This document shows, piece after piece, positions 1 through 12,200 of a stretch of 64,000 nt of DNA. Position 1 is the stretch's first letter. Every line of letters begins with the position of its first letter. Made by a program: the position numbers and the translations under genes. The notes under the pieces were generated by a model. That model was given only the letters and a program-made list of their open reading frames with translations, did no database searches and was not told the origin of the DNA. Source of the stretch: Gekko japonicus (Eukaryota); NCBI RefSeq assembly GCF_001447785.1, contig NW_015172014.1, forward strand, positions 852,667 through 916,666, read 5' to 3'.

Positions 1-134
1 AAGTCCTTGAGCTCCTCGTCTTCTCCTGGGGCCCCAGAGCGAGTCCCCGGCCCCGCCCTGGCATCCGCAGAGCCTCAAAGCTGCCCCCACCTCCTGGCTG
101 GTTCCTTTGCTCTGTTGTAACCTTGTAGGTTTGT

Positions 135-169
<35 letters not shown>

Positions 170-864
170 CTCTCTCCCCGCAGCTGCAGTGAGCGAGGGG
201 GAGGGGACAGACCAAACGAAGGTGACACACACACACCCAGAGAGAGACACAAGCACGCACAACACACCGGGCCTCTTCCACACCGCATTGCACACTGGTG
301 AAGAGGGCCCCCTTTATGTGCCACGGCTCCAGCCCCCAGACTGCGGGTCCCGATCCGCACCTGCCCTCTTCATGGAGCAGGATGAAGGCAGGCAAGCCTC
401 CCACCCGTGACGCGGTGGCCCGAGGACCCAGAGTCGTCCTTGGTGGGGCCAGCCTTTGGCAGAGGGGCACCGGCTGTTCCAGGGGGGCTGCGGAAAGACC
501 GGGGCACCCAGTCTCCGACCACCCTGGGTGGCCATCTGGGAAGGCAGGACTTGCAGTTGCATCAGCACCTCTCTACCTTTCCCGAGTCCCCTGGGATTGC
601 AGGCCCCGAATCCCCCCTGGCCTGGCCCCTGAAGTCCCACCTTCAGTGCTAGCCTTCCGCCCGGGAATGTACACGGTGCAGGGTGGAAGAGGAAAGGAGG
701 CCCTTGCGTATGTGGAGGGCGCCCTTCCCTTCCCACTGAGGAAGTGCAGGCAAACCCCACGGAACGGACGCGCTCTTCTTTCTGATCTACGCAGCCACCA
801 GCCCCACGGGGAAGGCCCTGCTAGGATTTTTCTCTAGACCCAGCAAACAAACGCACCGATGAAT

Positions 865-1225
865 GCTCGGGGCTCTTTAGCTCGGAGAAACGACGGCTGA
901 GGGGGGACATGATCGAGGTTTACAAGGTTGTGCGTGGGATAGAGCAGGTCGAGAAAGAAGTACTTTTCTCCCTTTCTCACCATACAAGAACTCTTGGGCA
1001 CTCCATGAAACTGCTGAGCGGTCGGGTTAGAACGGATAAAAGGAAGTCCTTCTTCACCCAAAGAGTGATTAACACACGGGATTCACTGCCACAGGAGGTG
1101 GTGGCAGCGACAAGCATGGACGGCTTCAAGAGGGAATTAGATAAACATCTGGAGCGGAGGTCCACCAGTGGCTCTTAGCCACAAGGTATAGATGGGAACT
1201 CTCGGTCTGGGGCAAGTGATGCTTT
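865..1225 (+). mobile_element. CR1 LINE 3' fragment
   Basis: ORF 909..1178 [53 protein letters not shown] is the CR1 ORF2 C-terminus; near-identical to copies at 44620 and 62190. Confidence 0.9.
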
Positions 1226-3569
1226 TTCAACCTTGGCTCCGGCCTGGTGGAACATGCTCCCATTTGAGATCAGGGCCCTGTGAGAGCTATTACCGTTCCC
1301 CAGGGCCCCTTAAGATGGGGCTGTTCCACCAGGCCTTTGGGTGAAGTGGCGGGCATTATACCATCTCAGTCTCCCCTGCCGTTTGATACCTGCCCAGGGC
1401 CTCCAGGACACTGGTTACCATCTATTGGGCACTATAGTTTCGGTACCTCCCACCATTTGATCAAAAGTTGTTATAAATCAGGCCGTCTACCATCGCTTGC
1501 TAAAATATCACGGGAGATGTTGGATTACTTGTGTTTAACTCAATCTTGGTTTGATTGCTTAATTGTTCAACGTTTTTTATACCTCGGTTTTTATACTTTT
1601 TATTATGTTGTGAGCAGTGCTCCCGCTAAGCGGTGGAGTCCTGCGTGCAAAAATTCTACTTTGTGAGCTCCTGGCATTCAAGTTGTGAGCGAGCGATTTG
1701 GCTGCTGCATAAATTAGTTTGCTCTTCTGGAGCCCTCCTTCCTGAGCTAAGGCAAAAATGTGTGAGCTGGAGGCTAAAAAACTGTGAGCTGGCTCAACAC
1801 TAACTCAGCTGAGAGGGAACACTAGTTGTGAGGCGCCCTGAGCCCATTTGTGGGGTAGGGTGGGATACAAATTAAAGAAACAAGGCAGTGGTGAATTGGG
1901 CCAAGCGGATGCCCCACTCTGAGCCCAGAGACCTCATCCGGATCCGTAATCTCCGCCCAGAAAGACGTGGTGTCAGAGTACCTCTGAGGAGGACCCAGGG
2001 AGCACAGGCTTCTGGCCCTCAAACATTTGAAATTGCATTTGGGTGGCTCTGTCTCAGTGGGGTGCTTCCCGGGTCAAGGCCGTGGTGTTGGGCCGGGGCA
2101 TCCTGGGACTTAAGAAACGAGGCACTGGGTTCAAGTTCTGCCTTGGACTCACCACAGATCATTCTGTTTCTCAGCTTCCGTTGTGCCCATCCGCAGAACG
2201 GGCTGAACCTCCATCGCAGGTCGGCACAGTGGTGCTGAGCACTCCTTGGGGGGAGCAGGGAGGTGCCCAGGAGAAGATCGCCCAGAACCAGGAACGGGCT
2301 GAGGGGTGCAAAGGATGGAGCTAACAGTTGGGGGGGACAGAAGAATTTGCAGGGAACGGAATTCTGATACTTCTGCTTTGGCTGGGGCTGCTCTTGAGAC
2401 GCAGGCATCGGCCGTAGGAGACATGACATTACAAGGCTGGAGGTTAATCGAGGGGAATGGAACCGGGGGTGGGGGGGTGTCATGCCCCACCCACTCAAGG
2501 CCCCATGCCCCTCCCAGAAGACGCAGGTGTCCGCTAGCTCCAACTCCCAGAAGCCCTGCTCTGCTGGGAAAGACATTAACCCCGCCAGCAGGTGGTAACA
2601 TGCACAGCATTGTTCGTTCTGCTCTGCCTCGGGCTGGCCCACGTGTCTTCCCGGGAGGGGCGCCGCCCCTGCATGCCCCCCTGCCCTGCCCTCCCACTCC
2701 CCGGCTTTCTTTCCTCTCTGGAGCAAAAGGCCTTCCCCCACACACACACACACTCCTTCCCCCGCGAGGCTCGATAGAATTAAAATGTTCAGATCTGCCC
2801 GGCGTTGATTGAATGGGAAACCGCTCTGCGGCTCATTTAAGGGGCCCATTTTTCTTTGCTAAGTATAATTTGCTCAAAAGTCTCTCCCGGCGTGTCATCG
2901 CCCAGATGCCAGAGCCCAGAAAAGCCCCTCCGCCTCCGGGCGGGTGACTTATTTCCCGGGCCTGTCAGGCGGCAGCCAGAGAGAGAGAGAGAAAGAGAAA
3001 ATGCAACGCTTGGAACTGGCCGAGTACAAGAAGCCCTTCCAAAGAGAGATGTCCAGAGGGTGTTTGTGCACTTGTGCTCTCTCTCTCTGTGTGTGTTTCT
3101 GTGTGTGTGCGTGTGTGCACACAGCCCCCAGGAAGATTTTGGTCGGGGTGGGGTACCACAATTACAGCGGACCTCCCAGCCACATAGATCAGTTCCACTG
3201 GAGAAAGGGGCAGCTTCTGAGGCTGGCCACGATGGCATTGCCCTCCCCTGGGGTCCCTCCCGTACCACAGCCCCGCCTTCCACATCCCCAGGAATTTCTC
3301 AACCTGGAGTGGAGAGGCCTGAAGTCTTTGGGGGCTGTGGATCCTCAGAGCCGGTGGCTGGTTCTCACCTTGGGGAACTGCAGTGAGGAGGGGGCCGGTG
3401 CATGGGGGAGGCATTCAGATCCTGCCCTCAGGCCACCCACGGCCCGGTCCAGGAGGGGTACCCCGCTTGGGGCAACGCCACGTTTTGAGCCAGCCCCGCC
3501 TGTTGCGTCTCCAAAAGTGCTCGTCTCTCCGACTGATGGTCGGCTCACGTGAAGAGTGTCAATCTGGGC

Positions 3570-3773
3570 CAGTGTTCCCTCTAAGTTGAGTCTGTGTGAG
3601 CCAGCTCACAGTTTTCTAGCCTCCAGCTCGCATGTTTTTGTCTCAGCTCAGGGAGGATGGCTCTAGATTTATGATTTATGCAGGAGCCAAATCACCTGCT
3701 CACAACTTTAATGCCAGGAGCTCTCCAAGTAGAATTTTTGCTCACAAGACTCCACAGCTTAGAGGGAGCATTG
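3570..3773 (+). mobile_element. hAT-type MITE family A (~205 bp, TIR CAGTGTTCCCTCTAAG); representative of about 16 copies
   Basis: TIRs CAGTGTTCCCTCTAAG...CTTAGAGGGAGCATTG with ~8-bp target duplications. Other copies near 1650, 10730, 12158, 15331, 18610, 19450, 28581 (tandem), 31478, 35629, 38314, 39340, 43351, 43645, 53402, 61376. Confidence 0.85.
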
Positions 3774-3781
3774 GTCTAGGC

Positions 3782-4238
3782 CAGTGTTGGCACACCTTTT
3801 AGAGACCGAGTGCCCAAACTGCGACCCAAAACCCGCTTATTTATCGCAAAGTGCCAACACGGCCATTTAACCTGAATACTGAGGTTTTACTTTAGAAAAA
3901 ACAACTCATACATTAACTTAAGATGATCCAAACAAAGTAAGGAAAGCAATCCCAAATGCTTTCATTTACTTAAAATTATTTGGCAGAGAATTCGACACTT
4001 TAATGATGGTCTGGGCCTGGCTGGGGCAATGGCACGCGTGCCCACAGAGAGGGCTCTGAGTGCCACCTCTGGCACCCGTGCCATAGGTTCACCACCACTG
4101 GTATAGTGTTTGCCAAATGGATTAAAATTACATAGGAATTTCAACGCTACCCACTCTGATAAAGTTTGTACAATGTGTCCACAGAGAGGGCTCTGAGTTC
4201 CACCTCTGGCACCTGTGCCATAGGTTCGCCACCACTAG
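3782..4238. mobile_element. hAT-like MITE abutting the family A copy
   Basis: CAGTGTTGGC...GCCACCACTA termini, GTCTAGGC duplicated on both sides, internal duplication of the right end. Confidence 0.65.
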
Positions 4239-5224
4239 TCTAGGCGGTCATCTGGTCCAGCATCCTTTGGCCAATCAGCTGCCTTCTGGAAGGACCCCAA
4301 GTGGAAGCAAAGTCTACCTCCCCGTTGTCCCCCCCCCCAGCTTTTGGTCTTTTGAAATTAACTGCTTCTGAATATGGAAGCTCCATTTAATTGGCGTTTC
4401 TATGTCTCTACAAATTGCTGAGAGACCTGTCCACCATGAATTTGCCCCGCTAGATGTCCACTTTCTTATTGTGGGTTTGCCGAGGGCTTTTGGCCCAGTA
4501 AGGGGAAAGCCATTCTCACATGCTCAGAGGCCCTTCCTTTTAGATTGTTGCTTCACGTATGCAAGGATTGAGCCGTAGCTTTGCAAACAGCTTCTGGGGC
4601 TCAGCAGTCATCCAAATCCTAACAGGTAGGAGGGTGGTTCACAATGGATGGTCGGGCAAAGTTTTGCCTGGGCCTCTTTCATTAAAGCAAGTTTCTGGCC
4701 CTCATCATGGATGGCCTCTTCCTTTCTTAAAGGAACGGAACGTGGAATGTTTCCGCCCCTGATGTGCACATCTGTGCTTGTGTTCCAGGGTCCCCTCACT
4801 GCTGGTTTGCACACCTGCATGGGTAGATGGCACACCCCGCAGTCACCCCACATGCTCCTTTGCCAACAGAGTGCCAGTCCAGGTCGTTCTATCCTTTTCT
4901 GCAGGATATTCCGAGACGTTCTTCAAGGGGGGGATAACTGGGGCCGTTTTGGGGAGAGGGTCCTCGTGGGTGGGGCAGGCAGGATTTCCAGGCAGGGGAG
5001 GGGAGGCAGAGGATCTTCGCCAAAGAGTCGCCGTTCTTGCTGCCTCAGCAGCAGAGGAGAGACTGTCATCCATCATGCGGAGGGAATCCAGGCAGCAGGA
5101 AGAAGCAAGTGCCAGCAAGAGGGGAGGGGAGGGGAGGGATCATTGCAGGCTGGACCGACACAGCAGCTCATACCAAAGCAGAGCAAAGACCCTGGTCTTC
5201 CCCGGGTCAGAGCAGAGCACAGAG

Positions 5225-5970
5225 GGGCTGTGGCTCTGAGGCTGAGCCTCTGCTCGACATAGTGGCTCAGTGGAAGAGCCTCTGGTTGGCATGCAGAAGG
5301 TCCCAGGTTCAGTCCCCGGCATCTCCAGTTAAAAGGACCAGGCAGGAGGTGATGGGAAAGACCTCAGCCTGAGACCCTGGAGAGCTGTAAAGAGGGGCCG
5401 TGGCTCAGTGGCAGAGCCTCTGCTTGGCATGCAGAAGGTCCCAGGCTCAGTCCCCGGCATCTCCAGTTAAAAAGGACCAGGCAGGAGGTGATGGGAAAGA
5501 CCTCAGCCTGAGACCCTGGAGAGCTGTAAAGAGGGGCCGTGGCTCAGTGGCAGAGCCTCTGCTTGGCATGCAGAAGGTCCCAGGCTCAGTCCCCGGCATC
5601 TCCAGTTAAAAAGGACCAGGCGGGAGGTGATGGGAAAGACCTCAGCCTGAGACCCTGGAGAGCTGTAAAGAGGGGCCGTGGCTCAGTGGCAGAGCCTCTG
5701 CTTGGCATGCAGAAGGTCCCAGGCTCAGTCCCCGGCATCTCCAGTTAAAAAGGACCAGGCGGGAGGTGATGGGAAAGACCTCAGCCTGAGACCCTGGAGA
5801 GCTGTAAAGAGGGGCCGTGGCTCAGTGGCAGAGCCTCTGCTTGGCATGCAGAAGGTCCCAGGCTCAGTCCCCGGCATCTCCAGTTAAAAAGGACCAGGCA
5901 GGAGGTGATGGGAAAGACCTTCGCCTGAGAGACCCTGGAGAGAGAGCTGCTGCCAGTCTGAGTTGACGAG
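5225..5970 (+). repeat. Tandem array (139-bp period, ~5 units) of a tRNA-derived SINE (Squam2-like)
   Basis: Identical ORFs start at 5400, 5539 and 5678 (period 139). Unit head GGGGCCGTGGCTCAGTGGCAGAGC..GGCATGCAGAAGGTCCCAGG resembles tRNA-Ala. Dispersed monomers lie at ~37130-37335, ~46935-47130 and 61157-61357. Confidence 0.9.
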
Positions 5971-6127
5971 ACTGGTCCCGATTTTGGGGTGGGTGGGAGT
6001 CTGATTCCGTACCAGGCAGCTTCCTGTTTCTACAGCTGCACCCAGCCAGGGCTCCGGGGTTCCCCAGGACAGGACTGAGGGCCGGGGTGCCTGGCCTTAG
6101 GACCAGTGGCCGGGCTGCATGGAAGAC

Positions 6128-6375
6128 CCAGTGTGGTGTAGTGCTTAGGAGCACGGACTCTGATCTGGGAGAACTGGGTTTGATTCCCCACTCCTCCACT
6201 TGCAGCCAGCTGGTGTGACCTTGGGTCAGTCACAAGTTCTCTCAGAGCTCTCTTAGCCCCACCCGCCTCCCAGGGTGCCTGTTGTGGGGAGGGGGAGGGA
6301 AAGGAGTTTGTAAGCCGCTCTGAGACTCCGAGTGAAGGGCGGGGTATAAATCCAATCTCCTCCTGCTCTTCTTCT
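6128..6375 (+). mobile_element. Squam3-like SINE; representative of about 16 copies
   Basis: Head CCAGT(G/T)TGGTGTAGTG(G/C)TTA..GGGTTTGATTCCCCAC, TTC/TCC-repeat tail. Other copies near 7775, 8680, 11828, 14712, 34755, 37628, 45804, 47193, 48185(-), 49310, 51610(-), 55600, 56045(-), 60128, 63468. Confidence 0.85.
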
Positions 6376-6738
6376 CCTGGGCTCTCCAGTGGGGGCGGTG
6401 TCAGCAAAGCCGGGGGGGGGGGCTGCTGTTAGCAGGGACTGTTTCTGGTGCGGGGAGGGGGACCCTTGGATAGAAAAGGGGCCGGGAAATTGCACAGGTT
6501 GCCCCCCCCCCCCTCAGGTGCCTGTCTCTTTTCCGGCTGCATCACAGTTTCCTCCTCTCATGCCCAGTTTGGGAGGACGCATCCGTCAGAGACCACTCGG
6601 CTCTAGAATGCCACTTGCTGATGGCCGAAGGGTCCCGGGGCCTCTGTGGAGGAGGAGAGGGCAGGGCTGAGGGGCACGCAGCGTCCTCCATTAGGATTGA
6701 GGAAAGGGCTTGTTCTGTCGGCTGGATGCCTGGTGGGA

Positions 6739-7110
6739 CATAAGAACGTAAGAGAAGCCAATGTTAGATCAGGCCAGTGGCCCATCCAGCTCAACATTCT
6801 GTGTCACACAGTGGCCAAAAATGCCAGGGGCCCTCAGGAGGTCCAGCAGTGGGGCCAGGACACCAGAAGCCCACCCGCTGTTTCCCCCCCCCCCGAGCAC
6901 CAAGAAGACAGAGCATCCCTTGCCCCAGACTGCAAGTTCCTATCTTAAGAACGTAAGAGAAGCCAAATGTTGGATCAGGCCAATGGGCCGTCCAGTCCAG
7001 CACTCTGTGTCACACAGTGGCCAGAAATACCAGGTGCCATCAGGAGGTCCAGCAGTGGGGCCAGGACACTGGAAGCCCCCCCACTGTTGACCCCCCCCCC
7101 GCACCAAGAA
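6739..7110 (-). mobile_element. Two tandem CR1 3'-UTR/tail fragments
   Basis: Each begins (A)TAAGAACGTAAGAGAAGCC, the reverse complement of the CR1 tail seen at 45290 and 62840. Confidence 0.75.
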
Positions 7111-9299
7111 CACATTTGGGGCCTGCCGTCCAATTCCCTTATTCTTGCCCCCTGCTGTCTGTGGTGGCTGCCCCATCTCCTCTGGCTCCTGCCCCCCTCC
7201 CCCAGCAAACCTGGTCCAGAATCACCACAGGCTTGGGCCAGCCGGGACCCTTCGCTGCCCCCTCACCCCCATCCCGGCTGGGGGGCGCCTCTTCCTGCTG
7301 TGGCTCGGGCTCCTCCGAGGTCTGCACGATGGGCTCAGGAGCTGTCTGGCCCATTAACTGGTATCTCTCGTGGACTCAGACCCTCGTCGGCCAAATTTAG
7401 ACCCCGGTGGGCTTGCAGAAGGCCCTCACTTGGGGGTCAGTTTCTGGCATCTCCACTTGAAAGGGAGCGGGTGCTGGGAGAGGCTTCCTCGGCCGGAGAC
7501 CCTGGAGAACCATGGCCAGGCCGTGGAGGAGGCCCGGTGGGGCTTTCTGGACCGAGGGCCTGGCCTGGCACACGAGAGGACAGGTTTCTCAGTGGCGCCG
7601 TGCCAAGGGGTCCCAGGCCCAGGGCTGGTCCCTCACAGCTCCAGGTGGTCAGGCGGGGAAGGGCCTCTGCCGGTGCCCTCAAAAAAGGACAGCCGGTCAG
7701 AGAGGCTCCACACTTGGAGGAATGAACCAATGGTTGGGTTTTGGATATCGTCCTGGGCCACAATAGAGCCTCACAGAGCCAGTTTGGTGTAGAGGTTAAG
7801 TGCGCGGACTCTAATCTGGGAGAACCGGGTTTGATTCCCCACTCCTCCACTTGCAGCTGCTGGATGACCTTGGGCGAGCCGTAGTTCTGTCAGAGCTGTT
7901 CTCTCAAGGGCTGGTCTTGAGAGAGCTCTCTCAGCCCCACCTACCTCCCAGGGTGTGGGGAGGGGAAGGGAAAGGAGTTTGTGAGCCGCTCTGAGACTCC
8001 AAGCGAAGGACAGGGTATAAATTCAATCTCTTCTTCTACAGAACAACATACGCACAGAGAATTTTATTGTTTGTGCGTCTTTCAAGACACAGTTGTTTTA
8101 ACATTTTCCTGGGCAAACATTCCAATTTTGAGACGTTTTTTCCTGTAGCTGCCCTTTCTCCAGATGTCGGATATGGTTATTGGGGTATTTAAATTCATAT
8201 AAGAGGCTCATCTCAATGTCAACATACATGTTTCTGAGGTCGATGAAACCAAACGCACCATTCTATTAGTTGTGGAGACAGCCGTTTTTATGTATTTATT
8301 TATATCCGACCCTTCTCTCCAGTGGAGACCGGAAGCGGTTTCTGCCGTTCTCCACTCCTCCATTTGATCCTCACAACAACCCTGTGGGGTAGGTCAGACT
8401 GAGACCATGTGACTGGCCCAAGGTCACCCAGAGAGCTTCTGTCACATGAGTGGGGATTCGAACCTGGGTCTCCAGCGGTCTTACCCACTACACCAGGGGT
8501 GGCCAAACTTGCTTAATGTGACAGCCATGTAGAATAAACGTTGGATGTTTGAGAGCCGCAAGACATGAACAAATATTACACACACATTTTTATTGAAAAA
8601 ATATGCAAATTTGCTTCTTGTTAACATTAAATTAGACTATGTGAAAGAGCCACATGTAGCTGTAGCTTGGCCACCCCTCCAGTTTGGTGTCGTGGTAAAG
8701 TGCGTGGACTCTAATCTGGGAGATCTGGGTTTGATTCCCCACTCCTCCTCATGCAGCTGCTGGTGTGACCTTGGGTCAGTCACAAGTTCTCTCAGAGCTG
8801 TTCTCTCAAGGGCAGTTCTGGAGAGACCTGTCTCGGCCCCGCCTACCTCACAGGGTGTCTGTCGTGGGGAGGGGGAGGGGAAGGAGGTTGTAAGCCGCTC
8901 TGAGACTCCGAGTGAAGGGCGGGGTATAAATCTCTTCTTCACTGCACCACGGTGGCTGTAGAGATCTTGATGGAACCGCGGAGTGGAGAGGTTGGGGCAG
9001 GGACTGGTCACTGAAGCTGGCAGGACCTGAAACCGGTCGAAGGTCCCTTCTGATTTTGCAAAGGACACTCCCAGAGCTGCCAGTCCTGGGCACTGACGGG
9101 GGGGAAATTCAGCCCACGAAAGGTGCCCTCCTCTTCTGGGCCGGGCGCTTGGCTCCGGAGACCTGATGCCGTTCCCCACATTTCTATGCAGTAACGTAAT
9201 TGGCAAAGCGAGTCTTGGGCTCTGATTGACGCTGTCCTTGCTGCAATGCCCTCTTCCTTCTTCTCCCCCCCCCNNNNNNNNNNNNNNNNNCCCGCACAG

Positions 9300-12200
9300 A
9301 ACCGCAGCTGAAAGGCATCGTCACCAGGCTCTTCTGCAGGCATGGCTATTACCTCCAGGTGCACCCGGACGGCAGGATTGACGGCGTGAGAGAGGATGCC
9401 AACGGTTTTGGTAAGGACCGTGCGGGGGGGGGGGCTCTCATCCCAGCGCTCGGAGCCTGCAGGGAAGGCCTGGAGTGCCTATGCATTTCAGCAGGCCTGG
9501 CCCAGGAGAGAGCGGCCTGGGGGGGGGGGGGGGAGATCTGTCGTGTCCCCCCCCCTCCTGAATGGTGCCTAAAACTCACTTGCCCCAAGGAGCGGAGCTG
9601 GTCCTGGTTGGAAAGGGCGCCGGGGTCTTGCTCACTTGCTCACAATTTGGGGGGGAGCTGCCCCAGAGGCCTTGGGAGAGCTGCCCGTCAGGAACGGGGG
9701 CAGAGACACTGCCTAGGGGGTAGTGGCAGAGATCCCCAGCTGGACGGATTCGGGCACCCCATAGGCAGCGGCCTGCTGGACCATCTGGGCTCTGCCCCCC
9801 CCAAATTCCATCGCTCTCTCTCTCTCTCTCTCTCTCTCTGTCTTTCTGCATAATTGAGTCTCCTCCGGCTGCCCAGGGACCAAGGGAGGGAGGGACGGCT
9901 GATTGATGACCTGTTCCCTCCGTCACCTCCCGTCCTGAGCCCGTTCCAACGCTGCCAGCACACAGCCCAAGCCCACCCACCNNNNNNNNNNNNNNNNNNN
10001 NNNNNCCCCCCCCCCCCGCGCGCCAGCTGGCCAGCATACCAAGCAGGCCTTTCCATTTAGCAGCGTTTATCGGAAGCCTCCCCTGGGGACAGGGTGGCCA
10101 CCTGCGCTTCCCGTCAGAGGCGCAGCACCTGGGGAGGGTTTCCGGGGGAACCCCCGACCCTCCTGTGGGCACCAGGTTCCCACCTTCATCCCCCTCACCC
10201 TCCAACTGGGAGGGGAGCCCAATGACCCCCCTCCTGCCTGCACATCCCTCTACAAGCAGCCAGGGATCCTGGCTCCCTTCTCACCCAGTTGCTCAGATCC
10301 AGTTTGGCACTCCTGCCTGCCGCAGGGCGGATCCAGGACGCAATGCCCGCCACTGCCAATGGTCCTGCAGGGCACCAGCACCCACCCACCCCACACACAC
10401 ACAGCGCTGCCCCAAAGAGAGGCTGGTGTGGCTTGGCCGGAGGACCGGTCCAGGGGGGCTGCCAGCGACCAACCCCTCCTCCAGAGCCCCCCGGCGCCCT
10501 CCACACTCCCCGGTGCCCCCCTCTCTCTGCTCCCTGGCGCGTGGCCTGCCTCCCGTCTCAGCTCTCCTTTCTCTGCCAACAGCTCTCTTCAACCTGATCC
10601 CGGTGGGGCTCCGCGTGGTCGCCATCCAGAGCACGAAGTCGGGGCAGTACGTGGCCATGAACGCCGAAGGCTACCTCTATACCTCCGTGAGTTTCCCCGC
10701 CTCCGTTCGCCCCGGGTGCCGGTTGGGGCCAGTGTTCCCGCAAAGCTGAGTGAGTGTGAGCCAGCTCATGGTTTTCTAGCCTCCGGCTCACACGTTTTCG
10801 CCTTCGCTCAGGAAGGATGGGGCTCCAGAGCAAACTGATTGATGCAGCGGCCAAATTTTATTTATTTTATTTATTGATTGATTTCGATTTACTATCCCGC
10901 CCTAACCCCTGGGGGGTCTCTGGGCGGCTTACAGAAGGTGCTAATCACATTTTTACAGAATCTAACCTAGGGCCACAGACGTATATATAGGGGTGGTGAC
11001 TACCCTACCAGGCACCCTTTTTCTTGCGGCGGATCTTCGGTCGTTGTCTTGTTCTTGCGGGAGGTCATCAGCGGCATCCTTTCCGGTGCTGGTCTTTGAG
11101 GTTCCTTCTTCCGGCTGTAGCGATTCCATTTCCGGGCCAGGACCACTCGCACTTCCGCGCATGCCCCGCTGCGGCCTCTGTCCCGATGAGGCTCCGGCCT
11201 GCTGCGTTGCTCTGCCTCCGCGCCAGTTGGTCCGGCCTCCTTCACTCGCTCGCTCCTTGCCTCGCCAGCCACCATTTTTCTCCGCCGCCACCACTCGCCG
11301 CTCACCGTTCGCCGCCGCAACACAGGGACGGGTGCCCCCCTGCTCTAGTAGCAGGTACCCATTAGTCTAATCGCCCTTTAACGGGCTTTCAAGCCGCTGG
11401 GTGGGCGGGAGCTGGGACATAGGGTCGGGTGCTCACCCCGGCCGCGGTGGGGCTCGAACAGCCAAAGCTGTTCGACCAGATGTACATGCAGGCATCCCTT
11501 ACCACCTGCGATCACCTGATCACAACTTTAAGGCCAGTCGCTCACCGAGTAGGATTTTTGCTCACAAGACTCCACAACGTAGAGGGAGCCTTGGTTGGGA
11601 CTCGTTGAGAACTGGGGTGGCTGAGGGAAGGCTGGCCCTCACAAGCGCTGCCCCGGCAGGCCGGGAACGGCTTGGCCGAGGGTGTCTGCCCCAGGTGCCA
11701 CTGCTGGGGACACAGGAGCCCAGCCGGGACAAACCAGTGGCATCCCGAGGGAGGGACCCACCTCGCCAGGTCCCTGGAAATCGTGTCTCTGCCTTGGAGA
11801 GCAGCAAACCTTGGGGTGTTTCCTTTGGGAGCCAGTTTGGGGTCGTGGTTAGGAGCGCGGATGCTAATCTGGGAGAACTGAGTTCGAGTCCCCCCTCCTC
11901 CACATGCAGCTGCTGGTGTGACCTTGGGTCAGTCACATGTTCTCTCAGAGCTGTTCTCTCAAGAGCAGTTCTGGAGAGAGCTCTCTCAGCCCCACCTCCC
12001 TCACAGGGTGTCTGTTGTGGGGAGGGGAAGGGAGATTGTAGGCCACTCTGAGACTCCTTCAGGTAGGGAAGGGCCATGGGATATAAATCCAATCTCTTCT
12101 CTCCCCTCTTCTCTTTTGTGGGTCTCCCTGCCAGCAGGATCTGGCCTCACTGACAGGCAGTGTTCTCTCTAAGCTGAGTTAATGTGAGCTGGCTCACAGT

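Noticed and set aside
2221-2241. REST/NRSE site
   Set aside because: Only the TCAGCACC half-site matches; the GGACAG half is absent.
4905-5239. VCP-interacting-motif-like peptide EDLRQRVAVLAASAAEERL
   Set aside because: Spacing does not fit R-x5-AA-x2-R, and there is no convincing donor or gene context.
5400-5887. Three identical 69-aa ORFs, tRNA-like genes or a CRISPR-like array
   Set aside because: Units are SINE copies with no unique spacers; the acceptor stem and B-box are degenerate, so they are not functional tRNA genes.
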